Positions 1 through 10,362 of a stretch of 64,000 nucleotides of DNA are shown piece after piece. The stretch is taken from IMG/VR virus record IMGVR_UViG_3300028888_000002, one strand, 5' to 3'. The position numbers and the translations under genes were made by a program. Under the pieces are notes generated by a model. That model was not told the DNA's origin. It searched no databases and was given only the letters and a program-made list of their open reading frames with translations. The stretch comes from a virus (Duplodnaviria > Caudoviricetes). The number at the start of each line of letters is the position of its first letter. Positions within the stretch are counted from its first letter, which is position 1.

Positions 1-494
1 TGGTCCAGGTCTAGCATAGGCGGTTGAGCGGGGGTTGCAGGTGGAATATAACAGGTTATCCAATACACGGGTTACACGGGCACGGGTTACGCCAAAGCAG
101 CAGGCTGCACAGCAGAAAGCTACACGGCAGCAGGCTACCCGCCACGGCTCGCAAGAACGGCAGGGACCTGGGGTGGATATAACAGTTTACCTGTGGCATA
201 GTCATAGATACCAACTTACCTTGAACGCCTGGGCGTTAAAGAACAGGAAAGAACCGTAGGCGACCTTCCAAAAGTCGGCAGGGATTTCCTTGACGAACGC
301 ACCCTTGCCGTCGTAGGCGTGTATAGCGTATTCGTCGGGTTGTTTCTTGACTACTTCGTAAAGGTAGTGGTCCACGTCTTCCCGTGCGAAGAAACGGCTA
401 CGCCATACATCGGAGTAGTAGGCGTGGCTGATTAGGTCGGTTCCATAGCAACAGTCTATCATAGCGATACGGGGTCCTGGGGTGAACAGGTTAT

Positions 495-701
495 CTAGTA
501 AAGGGCACAGTCCACGGGCGACGTGTCGTCCTGGGTCCAGGGGACAAGCCACCCGTCGGGACCTGTGACATACTTGACAGCGGGTGTGAGTTTCGGGAAG
601 TAGTCCCACCTGCCGTTGTAGAACCGCCATTCGGTCTGTGGCGGGTCGGGGGTTTCAAAGTTTGGGTCCTGGTGGACGGACCCTGGGTCCCAATCGCCCA
701 T
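495..701 (-). CDS. hypothetical protein (start re-assigned to MGDWD)
   Basis: ORF track 495..809; internal ATG at 701 lies just downstream of the promoter-like motif at 741. Confidence 0.5.
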   Translation of the reverse strand: MGDWDPGSVHQDPNFETPDPPQTEWRFYNGRWDYFPKLTPAVKYVTGPDGWLVPWTQDDTSPVDCALY

Positions 702-751
702 AGTGTAGTTTCCTTGTAATGGTGACAGTGTGTCGGGGTGAATATAACAGT

Positions 752-1141
752 TTACCTGCGGTATTGGGCAAGGTAGGTTGAGTTGATGGCTTGTTCCAGG
801 GTTTGCCAACGTGAGTATTTGGCTTCGGGAATGGTTACGGCAAATGCGTTGGCAAGGACGGTGGCGAGTTCGCCAGGTGTAATGGGAAATTCGGACAGGC
901 GAGAGTTTGGACCTATTCCCTCGGTTGAGCGTAGGAAGCGGTCGGCAAGGTAGTCTGTGACGTAGTGCGTGATTTCGCAGCCGTCGGCTACGATTAGCTT
1001 GTCCTGTATATGGTCCTTGCAGCAGTGGAACGATGCAGGGGACCAGGTAGCCTGGAAGCCCGTATGCTTGCAGACGACGAGTGGCGTGTAGCCGTCGTGG
1101 TTGTAGTCAAGTTTGGCGTATATGCAGTCAAGGCAGTTCAT
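752..1141 (-). CDS. Cys-rich protein with C-terminal acyl-carrier-protein-like region
   Basis: Start MNCLDC; C-terminus ELATVLANAFAVTIPEAKYSRWQTLEQAIN resembles ACP helices II-IV, but the DSL serine motif is absent. Confidence 0.4.
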   Translation of the reverse strand: MNCLDCIYAKLDYNHDGYTPLVVCKHTGFQATWSPASFHCCKDHIQDKLIVADGCEITHYVTDYLADRFLRSTEGIGPNSRLSEFPITPGELATVLANAFAVTIPEAKYSRWQTLEQAINSTYLAQYRR

Positions 1142-1277
1142 AGGTTTAGCAGTCGGTATGCGAAGTAGATTGAAGCGGACAGGAACAGAAGCAGGAACAG
1201 GGCTGCGGGAGTTACGCAGCAGGCGTAGAAGCGACGCAGGTGTTTCCGCTCCCATCCGTCCAGGTTGTTGTCGGTGG

Positions 1278-1544
1278 TCATTTGAGCCATTCGGGTTTGG
1301 GGAAGTGCGACGAATAGGTGATTTCGTCTGTTTCGGTGGTTTCAACTTCGTGTGCGTCGTCCCAATAGGTCCGCAGGTCGGTTCCCGTGGGCAGGTAGCA
1401 GACGATAATCGCAGCGGTGAAATTGTGGTCTTCGTCCTGGGTGTAGCCCGTAATCCAATAGGGGCATTGGATAGGCTTGAGCGATTGGAGCGGGCGGGGG
1501 TCGTCCACGGATTTGGTCTTGAAGCGGTAGCGTGTGTAGGACAT
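1278..1544 (-). CDS. hypothetical protein
   Basis: ORF preceded by ACCGAGG RBS and promoter-like motif at 1569. Confidence 0.75.
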   Translation of the reverse strand: MSYTRYRFKTKSVDDPRPLQSLKPIQCPYWITGYTQDEDHNFTAAIIVCYLPTGTDLRTYWDDAHEVETTETDEITYSSHFPKPEWLK

Positions 1545-1583
1545 AATACCTCGGTATGGTTGAAAGTGAATATAACAAATTAT

Positions 1584-1772
1584 CTACATAGCGTAGGGGA
1601 CGCTTACGATATAGTTTACGCCCTTTTTTGAACGGCAGGTCATAGTGGTGCCGATTGTGATTTGGGTATGTGGGTCGGACCGCATAGCCGTGAGTTCGGT
1701 CCCGTCCGCAAGGCGTATAAGGTAGATATTGTTTTCTTCTTTTACTATGGTTGCTTTAAATGTGGTCCACAT
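1584..1772 (-). CDS. hypothetical protein (paralog of 2779..2970)
   Basis: Shared FKA...TCR..G(V/I)NYIV pattern. Confidence 0.7.
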   Translation of the reverse strand: MWTTFKATIVKEENNIYLIRLADGTELTAMRSDPHTQITIGTTMTCRSKKGVNYIVSVPYAM

Positions 1773-1792
1773 AAGTAGGTGTTCCTAGATTT

Positions 1793-2161
1793 TTAATGGT
1801 TTATGCAGCAGGGGGCGTTGTCAAGTTGGGGGAACCCACCGCAGTAGAACGGTCGGTGCAGCCCTGCCTGTTCTTCCACCCACCGTTCAAAGAACAGGGT
1901 GTTGTTCGGGAAGCGGTATGGTTGCCAATCGGGATAGTCGCCCGTTTCGTTCGGGTGGACGTATGGGTTCTTGTCGGACTTGCTCAACAGTGCATACTTG
2001 CTGTGCGGTCCGAGGTTGTAGAACGACACCTTTTTAAGCCCCCAGGTTTCTTCGGGCGTGTTCCAGGGATATACCCAGGTTTCGGTCCCGTCTTCGGACT
2101 TGAAGAACTTTATGCCTGGGTAGTGCTTCGCCAGGATAAACTTGAACACTTCTTCGGTCAT
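1793..2161 (-). CDS. hypothetical protein
   Basis: ORF track; 4-bp overlap with upstream ORF. Confidence 0.7.
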   Translation of the reverse strand: MTEEVFKFILAKHYPGIKFFKSEDGTETWVYPWNTPEETWGLKKVSFYNLGPHSKYALLSKSDKNPYVHPNETGDYPDWQPYRFPNNTLFFERWVEEQAGLHRPFYCGGFPQLDNAPCCINH

Positions 2162-2508
2162 TCGTCGGCTCCCTGGAAGCAGGACGGTATCGGGTCGTCA
2201 ATGTAGTTGGCTGAAAAGTCGGGCTGCGGTGGTCCGAACTGTTCCACGATACGGGACACTTCGGCTTTGGCGATTTCGTCGGACATTTCCGTGCTTTCGT
2301 CGTAGCGGGCTACGATTAACCCGTTGTAGCGGATAAAGGCGAGCATACCGTAGTCTTCAACCAACGTCCCACGGGGACGGCAGAACTTCGCTTGATGCAG
2401 GGTCGTATAGGATTCAATGAACGTCCCCAGGGGGCACGTTTCTTTGGTGAGGTTGAATTTGGCTAGAAGCAGGTCCAGGACCTTGAGGGCTTTTTCGTTC
2501 GGGGTCAT
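2158..2508 (-). CDS. hypothetical protein
   Basis: ORF track; ATGA coupling on both sides. Confidence 0.7.
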   Translation of the reverse strand: MTPNEKALKVLDLLLAKFNLTKETCPLGTFIESYTTLHQAKFCRPRGTLVEDYGMLAFIRYNGLIVARYDESTEMSDEIAKAEVSRIVEQFGPPQPDFSANYIDDPIPSCFQGADE

Positions 2509-2777
2509 ACGTTTTCCTTTTGTTCGGGTTCGTCGTCATACGGTGGGTTCGGGTGTTCTTCGCACCATTTGGCGAAGTCGCCCATTTGCTGCACGATAAC
2601 CTTTTCGGCTTCTTCACGTTCCCGTATGAACCTTTGAAGACCACGTTGGTTAAACCTGCACCCAAGTTCGCCTTTGGCGTTTTCGTAGATATAGTCTTCG
2701 TCATCCCCGAACAGCTTGCAGGTCGGGTAGTGTTCCTGGTAATCGTAATCTTCGTAGGGGCAGTTCTTACAACGCAT
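2505..2777 (-). CDS. Cys-rich hypothetical protein (paralog of 43313..43516)
   Basis: MxCxxCPY...C.(L/V)F...GC.FN pattern in both. Confidence 0.75.
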   Translation of the reverse strand: MRCKNCPYEDYDYQEHYPTCKLFGDDEDYIYENAKGELGCRFNQRGLQRFIREREEAEKVIVQQMGDFAKWCEEHPNPPYDDEPEQKENV

Positions 2778-2778
2778 A

Positions 2779-2970
2779 TTACGGCTTCGTTACAATGTAG
2801 TTTATGCCGTTGTCGCAACGGCAGGTGACGTAATCCCCCGTGTTGAGTTCCATATTGGCTGCGGGGTCGTATTTGGAGCGTCGGGCGATTAGCTCTATGG
2901 AGCCTGCTTCTACCAGGAACAGGTCCCCGTCCGAATAGCGGATTAGTGCTTTGAATGAAGTTGAAGTCAT
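2779..2970 (-). CDS. hypothetical protein
   Basis: ORF track; paralog of 1584..1772. Confidence 0.7.
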   Translation of the reverse strand: MTSTSFKALIRYSDGDLFLVEAGSIELIARRSKYDPAANMELNTGDYVTCRCDNGINYIVTKP

Positions 2971-3026
2971 AGACGAATATAACAGTTTACCTTGTTAGGG
3001 GCTAAAAAATTTTTTTGGGCTACCTG

Positions 3027-3311
3027 TTACGGTAGGTTCTTTTCAATGTAGTAGTTCCCGTTATGCTGCACGAACCCGTCGGGGCAGGTCAGTTTCCAGG
3101 ATTTGTCGCTGCCGAACAAGTCGGTGAAACGGTCCAACTTGCAGCCGTGGTGCTTGCCGTCCTCTGTCGTATAGGTCGTCGGCTGTTCGGGTCCGTCACC
3201 CTGGGTTTGTTTGCGGAGCATAATCATCGGGACTACGCAGATGCTCCAAAACAGGACCACGGCAACCGTAATCGCTGTGGTGATTATAATTCGTTTCCAA
3301 TCTAGTTTCAT
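3027..3311 (-). CDS. membrane-anchored hypothetical protein
   Basis: N-terminal hydrophobic helix. Confidence 0.7.
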   Translation of the reverse strand: MKLDWKRIIITTAITVAVVLFWSICVVPMIMLRKQTQGDGPEQPTTYTTEDGKHHGCKLDRFTDLFGSDKSWKLTCPDGFVQHNGNYYIEKNLP

Positions 3312-3333
3312 AGGTGTGTTCCACGGTTATGGG

Positions 3334-3870
3334 TTAATAGCCTTTGCCACCGTGCTTGTCGGCTTCGGGGTTGGAAGTCACCCACCCCGTATGGTTGCAG
3401 TGCAGAAGTTCACGGCAGTCAAAGCAGATTTTGTGGTTCGGGTCCACGGGCGTGGCGTATGCCCCAGGCTTCCCGCAGACTTCGCAGATTGTCTTATTTT
3501 CTTCGGGTTCGGGTAGTTCCGCTATCGCAAGGTTTATACTTCCTTGCGTAAGGTCCACGGTTTTTGAACCATACACGTCGTTGCGGGAAATCGTGATTTT
3601 GTCCGTTTCGCTAGTCTGCTCATACAGCTTTGCGACGTAATTGTAGCGTATGGGGCTGTCGCACATTTGGACGTAGCCCGTGATTTCCCAATTATGGTCG
3701 GGGGTCATAGTGAACGTCGGGGGGCTAGACATAACGCTTTGTTTTACCAATATACCCCTCGCCACCATATCACGGATTTTGTTTCCTAGATACGTGACGG
3801 CAAAATCCGCACGTTCCATAAGTTCTTGCAGGTCGTAGGCTTCGGGGCACTTGTCGTAGTCTATTGTCAT
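3334..3870 (-). CDS. hypothetical protein with C-terminal CxxC...CxxC
   Basis: CEVCG...CFDC. Confidence 0.75.
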   Translation of the reverse strand: MTIDYDKCPEAYDLQELMERADFAVTYLGNKIRDMVARGILVKQSVMSSPPTFTMTPDHNWEITGYVQMCDSPIRYNYVAKLYEQTSETDKITISRNDVYGSKTVDLTQGSINLAIAELPEPEENKTICEVCGKPGAYATPVDPNHKICFDCRELLHCNHTGWVTSNPEADKHGGKGY

Positions 3871-4103
3871 ATAAAAACCAACGGGGTTAAAGGTGAATAT
3901 AACAGTTTACCTAGTATTCGGTGGAAACATAGAAGTCTTGACCGCATTCGGAGCAGTGGACCTCGTATTCTGCGGGCGTGTCGTCGGTAGCGGGGCGTGT
4001 GCAGTCGCTTTTCCAAACGGTGCAGGTCTTACCGCAGCACGGACACCACGCTTCCATATCTTCCTCGTTAAGGTGTGATACCATACTCATAGAAAGCAGC
4101 CTC

Positions 4104-4604
4104 CTAGTGCAGCATCTTGTCCAATTTGAGCAGGAACGCTATGCCCTGCGTGAGTTCCATTTCGCAGAAGAAATTCAGCAGATATTCCTTGTTGTATTCA
4201 AGGAACCCTGCTATGGGCTTTGCGTGGGCGAACACTTTGGGACAGAACGACGGGAATGCCATTTGTTCGTAGTCTAGCTTCTTTGACCGTTCGCTGCCTG
4301 CAACTATCGTTTCTGCGGGCAGGTATCGGTTGAGCCAGGTAAAGGCGTAGCGGATAGCCTGTTGGACGTGTTCTTCCTTGACGTATTTCCAGGTTATGTA
4401 TTGTCCTAGACCTAGCGTAAGGGTCACGTCGTCGGCTATGGTGCATTCTATATGCTGATGGTCGGGGCTGTATTCTTCCTTGACTATAAGACGGGCTACC
4501 GTCCCGCCATCTTCGGAACGTTCGTCCGCTTTCAGCACGACGCAGTTGGGGTATTCAGCCTGGATTTTGTGGAAAAATGTGAATAGGTCAATGGTATCGC
4601 CCAT
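4104..4604 (-). CDS. hypothetical protein
   Basis: ORF track, operon context. Confidence 0.7.
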   Translation of the reverse strand: MGDTIDLFTFFHKIQAEYPNCVVLKADERSEDGGTVARLIVKEEYSPDHQHIECTIADDVTLTLGLGQYITWKYVKEEHVQQAIRYAFTWLNRYLPAETIVAGSERSKKLDYEQMAFPSFCPKVFAHAKPIAGFLEYNKEYLLNFFCEMELTQGIAFLLKLDKMLH

Positions 4605-5517
4605 AGGTTATTCCTCGGTTTTAATGTCTTCGTCGGGATAGCACCAAAGGTGCGTTGTAAGTAGTTGCCTGTAATGGGACACGGGCAGTTCCCCGTCGCT
4701 TGAATAGATAACACGGTCGTGGAACTTGTGTCGGCTTGCGTGTTTCAGCGGTAGGTCCTTTCGTTTGAGCAGGATAGTTGAATTGTCCTGCGGGACTTCC
4801 TCTTCAAAGCTACGCCAGGTTATTGTGCAGTGTTCGGTCTGTCGCATACGGTGTTCCTATGTCAGCAGGACGTGGAATGAACGGATTACGAAATACACCA
4901 GGTAGATTATCGCAGCCAACAGAATGACTACGGCAAGACAGCAGCCACAGCCCTTGTCGTCCACGCACTCCGTATCGGAGCAGCATAAGATAAATACAAG
5001 GATAGCCACAAACGCTGCCGTGGCTAGACCGTATTCAAGGGGCGTAATCATTTGCGGGTCCTGCGTGGAGCCTTACCAGGGTTAAGGCTGTGTTCAAGCG
5101 GGACCAGGGCGAAGCCCTGGTGGTCTGTCAAGATATGTCCCTTTGAGCGGGCTATGTCTATTGCACTGATTTGTGTCATAGGTGCGTTACCATTTCATAA
5201 TGTTGCGAATGAACTCACGCTGTTCGGGGACGTATTCGTTCAAGATTCTTTCCCTGCGAATGCCCTCAATTACCCCCAGGGTAAACTGTGCCAGGACGAT
5301 TAGGAACCCTGCGATTAGGTGGACGTAAAGCGGGCACAGGAGGGACCAATGCCACGGCAGGGCGGTTACGGACCATACCTGGAACTTGCCCACTTCGGCA
5401 AAGTGCAGGATTACCGCCAGGATAGTGTAAATGACCGTGAGCGGGAAAAGTTTGGTTGAGAGTTTGGACAGGATTACTAGGAACAGTGTCATTTTGGTTT
5501 TCCTTTTTGGTTATGGG

Positions 5518-6168
5518 TTAAACAGGGGCGTTTCCAAACGGTCCCCCATATATTAAGGTTTTAGGTGTCTTCGGTTTGGTTTTAAACAGTATGTCAAACA
5601 GGTAGTCCCGCCTTACGCCTGCGTGTTTCTCGCACATTCCGTAATGTTCCACGGAGTAAAGGGCGGGCAGGCTGCAATTACAGACAAAGCAGGTGGCACC
5701 CCCGAAATCTTTGCGGTGGCGGTCTTTGTATTCTTCGTAAGTTGGTAATGTCGGTATAATCTTGCGGGCATCGTCCTGGACCCTTCTCACGTTGTCGTCG
5801 GGCAGTTCGTCCAGGTATTGTTGAATTTTGGCGAACGGCATACCCTCAGTAATGAGCCGTAAGTCGGCAACCGTTCTAGGCAGCAGGCAGTTCATTTTTA
5901 TAAACAGGGTCATATCTTCCACGGACTTGAAGTCTTCACGGTCTTCCACCAACTTGCAGTGGTCGCCCAGGGTCCTGTGGACCATATAGCATTTGCCTGT
6001 TTTTAAGCCGATATACCATTGACGCTTTAAGAAATTTAACAGTATTTCGTCGGTATCTTCGTAGGCGTAGGTGTGGTCTATTTCCACGCAGATACCGCAG
6101 CAGAACAACAGGTTAATGATGTTGAATACTGCGTCCCTGGTCTTTTCATCCCAATGAGTGATAGTCAT
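5518..6168 (-). CDS. hypothetical protein
   Basis: First gene after the promoter at 6201-6229; ACCGAGG RBS. Confidence 0.75.
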   Translation of the reverse strand: MTITHWDEKTRDAVFNIINLLFCCGICVEIDHTYAYEDTDEILLNFLKRQWYIGLKTGKCYMVHRTLGDHCKLVEDREDFKSVEDMTLFIKMNCLLPRTVADLRLITEGMPFAKIQQYLDELPDDNVRRVQDDARKIIPTLPTYEEYKDRHRKDFGGATCFVCNCSLPALYSVEHYGMCEKHAGVRRDYLFDILFKTKPKTPKTLIYGGPFGNAPV

Positions 6169-6200
6169 TTGCCCTCGGTGGTTGTGGTTGTTACATACTG

Positions 6201-6229
6201 AATATAACTAATTATCCAGGCGGTGTCAA
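6201..6229 (-). promoter_or_regulatory. class-1 sigma70-like promoter (TTGACA-N17-TATATT)
   Basis: Plus strand aatata-N17-tgtcaa; the motif recurs about 14 times. Confidence 0.85.
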
Positions 6230-7224
6230 TAGGTAATCTAACAAAATACCTAGAATTTTAGTTGTATCGGGAACATAGGGTTTTCGGGGACGGGGCTATC
6301 GCCCAGGACGATATAGGCAGCGACAAAGAATGCCGTGAGCAGCAACACGATTGTAGCTAGTCGGGCTTTCAATGCCGTAAGCGGGTCAAAGAAAATCGCT
6401 AGGCAAGTCAAGCCGATTACACCGCCCAATAGATACATAATGTCGTAAGTAGTCATTGGGCTAGTCCTCGGTTATACGAAGTGTGAACGATTCGTCCCAA
6501 CGGGAAGCACCCACGGCACGGACGTAGCAGCCGTCCCGTTCCTGGGAGGGCTTTTTGAAGCGGGCGTGTTCACAGATATACTGCGTCTTCGTTTCACGGA
6601 TTACGGGGTATCGGGCTATCCCGCCTGCGACAAACGGATTGTTCTGTTCAAGGATTTTCATAGTCTTTTATCCAGGTCTGTTTCGGCAGGGACTTCAAGA
6701 ATGTAGTAGTTGGTCTGCTTGAAGTCACCGCACGGGGGCTGTTGTTGGTCTATGGATATTTCTATCCTGTCGTTATAGGACCCGCTGACCGTTACGGTCA
6801 TAACCAGGTCTTTTCGGGCTTCGGGGTTGGTTATATGGACTATCATTGTAAAGTTCCTTTTACGTTAGCATCGGCAGAATGTTCGGGTTTTCCCTAACGA
6901 TTTCGTCGTGGATTTCCTGGAACGTTTCCATTAGGGTTTCTTTGGCGGGTAGTCGGGAATAGACTAAATCGTGGAAATTGATTAGGCGGTCCCTGGTTAT
7001 GAACCTGTGGTCCATAGACTGCGTGTCTGCGTGGACGTGGACGTTCGGGTAATCAAACCACCAGGTAAACATCACACTGCCGATTTCAACGAAATTCCAG
7101 GTTCCACGCCTGCAATCGGAGCAGGCATAGTAGAACCCGTTGCGTCGTTGCTTTCCGCAAATCGGGCAACACGGGAACGGCTTCAGCTTTCGGGTTTTCG
7201 GAATGGACCTGCGACGCTTTTTCA

Positions 7225-8130
7225 TTAGGCTTCCTTCCTGCCGTAAACCTTTGCGACGTATTCACGAACGGTCTTCATATTCGTGGTGAACGCCTTTTCC
7301 ATTTTGTCAAGTTCGGCTGTGACGGTGGTTTCCGATACGGGCTTCGCATAGATTCCAACGGGGTCGCCACCCGCAGCCACTTTTTTAGCTAGTTCGCAAA
7401 CGGACATAGTGAAGCACATTTCTGTGTTTTCGCAGCACGGGTAAGCCGAAGCATTGCCGAACGCCTGGTAGGTTAGACGCTTGCACTTGAGGTAGATACT
7501 TGCGTCGCCATCGCTTGCAACTAGCCATTTCCCGAACACGTCCATAACGTGCAGGTATTTGCCCATTTCAAGGCAATAGATATTCCCCACAAGAATATCC
7601 TTGTAAGCGTTCAAAATGTCGTTGAACAGCTTGTTTGCGTCGCCTGTGTAGGTCTTCAAGGTTTCACCGTTGTTACACAGCGATTCGTAAAGGGCTTCTT
7701 CTGCTTCGGTCCTGTGTTCAATCTTGTTCAACGCTGCGAGCAGGTCCGAACGGCTTGAACGGTGCTTGTATGCGTGGAAAGCGGTAAGTGCGTCTGTAAG
7801 CGTCCCAATAAGGTTTATAGAGTTCGCTTTGATAAACTGTTCGCACCACTTGTAGAACTCATTGAGTTCGTAGCCGTGAATGACTACCGTGGACGGGGAC
7901 CACGCCTTGATAATCGGGTGTCGCTGCGGGAACGGAGCCTGGAAGCTGTCGCCTTCCCAAAGGACCCCTGTATGGAGCGTGTCGGTTTCGTCAAGCACGT
8001 CATAGCGGGTGCCCTTGTATTTCGGGAACAGGTCGGGGTGGAACATAAGCCGTGTGCCCCAATCCGTATGGTGACGGACGGGCTTTATGGCTTCGGGCTT
8101 GATTCGGGGATATTTTTCAGTAAGGTTCAT
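7225..8130 (-). CDS. hypothetical protein (start re-assigned to MNLTEK); distantly similar to 13043..13648
   Basis: The 5' extension in the ORF track overlaps the MTase; both proteins share a ..TA(F/Y).(A/V)Y...LN(K/R)(I/L)..RT.AE(E/D)AL...L pattern. Confidence 0.7.
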   Translation of the reverse strand: MNLTEKYPRIKPEAIKPVRHHTDWGTRLMFHPDLFPKYKGTRYDVLDETDTLHTGVLWEGDSFQAPFPQRHPIIKAWSPSTVVIHGYELNEFYKWCEQFIKANSINLIGTLTDALTAFHAYKHRSSRSDLLAALNKIEHRTEAEEALYESLCNNGETLKTYTGDANKLFNDILNAYKDILVGNIYCLEMGKYLHVMDVFGKWLVASDGDASIYLKCKRLTYQAFGNASAYPCCENTEMCFTMSVCELAKKVAAGGDPVGIYAKPVSETTVTAELDKMEKAFTTNMKTVREYVAKVYGRKEA

Positions 8131-8159
8131 ACGTGGTTGTCCTTTTCGGTGAATGAAAC

Positions 8160-8822
8160 TTATATCGGAACAGTCTTGCAGAGTTCCCTGTTTTCGTTGG
8201 TCCATACGAACCAGGCGTGGCACATAGTTGTCGCCCAACGGCTCCCGTGTTCGTCGGTAGGTTGCCCGTTGTTCCAGGTAGCCATACGCTTTGCGAACGG
8301 GAAGCAGAACTTGGGCGGGTGGTCTATAAGGAACTGCTGTCGCTTGTCGCCTTCCCAAAATTGGATTTTTAGAAAGAACGCCAGGTAGCCTTTCGGTGCC
8401 AGGTGCTTCAAGCATTTTTCTGTAAATTCCTGGGCGAGCGAATACGGGGGGTTTGAAACAATTAGGTCGTATTTCGTCTTCGCCATAATCGCCAACGGTT
8501 CATAGAGCAAGAAATCCTGGACCCTGGTGTTCGGGTAGCCACGGTCCACAAGGTCAATAAATACGTTCCTGGCATCCAGGGAATTTTTGAGCGAATGCGT
8601 GAAATAGTCTAGCGTGGCGGTTGCTATGTTCCCGTTGCCTACGCAGGGTTCCAGGAATGACCTGGGGGTGAAATCTTGGAAATCGGGGTCATACGTGCAA
8701 AGTGCGTTAAACAGAGCTGCTACGGCTTTCGGGTCAGTAGCGTAGAAATCATTTTCGGTTCGGTAGCCTGCCGACGGGTTGCCACCTGCAAGTTGGGCAC
8801 CCGATAGGGTTGGAAATGCCAT
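8160..8822 (-). CDS. DNA N6-adenine methyltransferase
   Basis: DFYAT, LEPCVGNGNI (motif I), SNPPY (motif IV). Confidence 0.9.
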   Translation of the reverse strand: MAFPTLSGAQLAGGNPSAGYRTENDFYATDPKAVAALFNALCTYDPDFQDFTPRSFLEPCVGNGNIATATLDYFTHSLKNSLDARNVFIDLVDRGYPNTRVQDFLLYEPLAIMAKTKYDLIVSNPPYSLAQEFTEKCLKHLAPKGYLAFFLKIQFWEGDKRQQFLIDHPPKFCFPFAKRMATWNNGQPTDEHGSRWATTMCHAWFVWTNENRELCKTVPI

Positions 8823-8854
8823 AAGGGTTCCTTGATTAGATTTTGTCCTGTATG

Positions 8855-8883
8855 AATATAACTAATTACCTGGTCCTTGTCAA
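8855..8883 (-). promoter_or_regulatory. class-1 promoter
   Basis: aatata-N17-tgtcaa upstream of the MTase. Confidence 0.8.
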
Positions 8884-8918
8884 TACCAAATATAACAAAA
8901 TACCTAAATAGGGTGCTG

Positions 8919-8946
8919 AAATAAGCCCCGTGGTCGGGGCTTTGTT
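8919..8946. terminator. intrinsic terminator hairpin (AAGCCCCG-loop-CGGGGCTT)
   Basis: GC-rich inverted repeat flanked by A and T tracts, downstream of 8952..9329. Confidence 0.75.
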
Positions 8947-8951
8947 ATACG

Positions 8952-9329
8952 TTACTTCAAGACTTCGGATTCAAGCCACGGCTTCAGTTCTACGTCCCAC
9001 CTGTCCCCGAAAGTCGTATATTCAATATCTACTTTTTTCGGGTCCATTTTTAGAATGTGTGACGGAACGTTCTGTCCCCAAAAAGTCAGCGGGTATTCCG
9101 TGTTGTTACAGATACATTTAGTAGAAACAATCGGCTTGCCCGCTTCTTTCTTTCCACCCAAATGAACGTCCCAATGTTCGGTCTTCGTCCCGTCGGTAAC
9201 GTCTTCTATAAGGTGACAGCCACCCCCGTGCGGGAGTTGCAGGCAACTGCGAATAGCGGACATAACCTTTCGGATAAATTCCTGCTTCGTTAGGGCGTTG
9301 GATTCGTGTATGCGGATTTTTAGGGACAT
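8952..9329 (-). CDS. hypothetical protein
   Basis: ORF track; followed by terminator. Confidence 0.75.
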   Translation of the reverse strand: MSLKIRIHESNALTKQEFIRKVMSAIRSCLQLPHGGGCHLIEDVTDGTKTEHWDVHLGGKKEAGKPIVSTKCICNNTEYPLTFWGQNVPSHILKMDPKKVDIEYTTFGDRWDVELKPWLESEVLK

Positions 9330-9338
9330 AGTGACCTG

Positions 9339-10247
9339 TTAGTTGGAGCGGTAGCAGTAGTAACCGCACGGGAGTTCAATTTCCTTGCCGTCGTAGCGGG
9401 CAAGTTCATTGGCGGGACCGTCGGCTTCTGTGCAGGCTGCTGCAAGAGCATCCAGGTCCACAAGGTTATGTTCTTTTACGGCTGTATTAAATTCTTCGTC
9501 GCCAAAGTTATCCTTGAACCACTGAATGTAGTCATCGCCCCAATCTTCAAGGCACTTTTCAACTGCGTCTTCTTCGTCAATGTCGCCAAATTCTTCCTTG
9601 TAGCGTTCGGGTTCGCTTTCCTTAATGTCGGAAACATAGGATTCGGCATCTTCACGTTGAGCGTCTTTGAACCAATCCACGTCAATGAACTGTTCAATGC
9701 CACCGATGTTTTCAAAGTGGATAAAGTCCACACCTTCCATTTCAAGGAGGTCCTTGACGCTTTCAGTGGAGGCTTCTTCTGCGTCGCTGTAATCTTCATA
9801 GCAGTAGTATTCTTCGTCACCGAAGGTCACGCAAATTCCCTTACCAGGTGCATAGCTTTCAAGGGCTGCGTCTTCGTAGTTATTACCTGTTTCTTCGGCA
9901 AGTTCCTTGACCATAGCCTTTACTTCGTCGGATTCGTCTTCAAGGGCTTCGTGCTTGCGGGACTTGTAGGCTTCCATAGCCTTCTGCATAGAGCATTCCT
10001 TCTTTTGCAGGCTTTCGTCCGTAGAGCGGGAGTAAACCACCTTGCCGTCGTCCACGGAACGCAACTGCATAGCAACAAAAGCCTTGCCCTTGTTGTCTTC
10101 AATCGTGCCGTCAATGAGGTCCTTACGGATAGTCGGGCTGTCGTCAACGACGGCTGCTCTTGTGAGAACGCTTGTAGGTTCATAGTTCGGGTTAAGGGGC
10201 TTGAACTCCTTCATATCCCCGCCTTTGTAGTAAACGTAGCATTTCAT
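9339..10247 (-). CDS. highly acidic protein (possible DNA mimic or internal virion protein)
   Basis: Very D/E-rich C-terminal two-thirds. Confidence 0.8.
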   Translation of the reverse strand: MKCYVYYKGGDMKEFKPLNPNYEPTSVLTRAAVVDDSPTIRKDLIDGTIEDNKGKAFVAMQLRSVDDGKVVYSRSTDESLQKKECSMQKAMEAYKSRKHEALEDESDEVKAMVKELAEETGNNYEDAALESYAPGKGICVTFGDEEYYCYEDYSDAEEASTESVKDLLEMEGVDFIHFENIGGIEQFIDVDWFKDAQREDAESYVSDIKESEPERYKEEFGDIDEEDAVEKCLEDWGDDYIQWFKDNFGDEEFNTAVKEHNLVDLDALAAACTEADGPANELARYDGKEIELPCGYYCYRSN

Positions 10248-10362
10248 AATTACGAAACTCCTTTAAGTTGTTTGTCCGTAAAAATAATAAAAATTCGGTA
10301 GGTAGATAAATTCGGTAGGTGCTTTCCTGCTGTTATGCGGGCTTCGCTGCCGTCCTGGTAAT

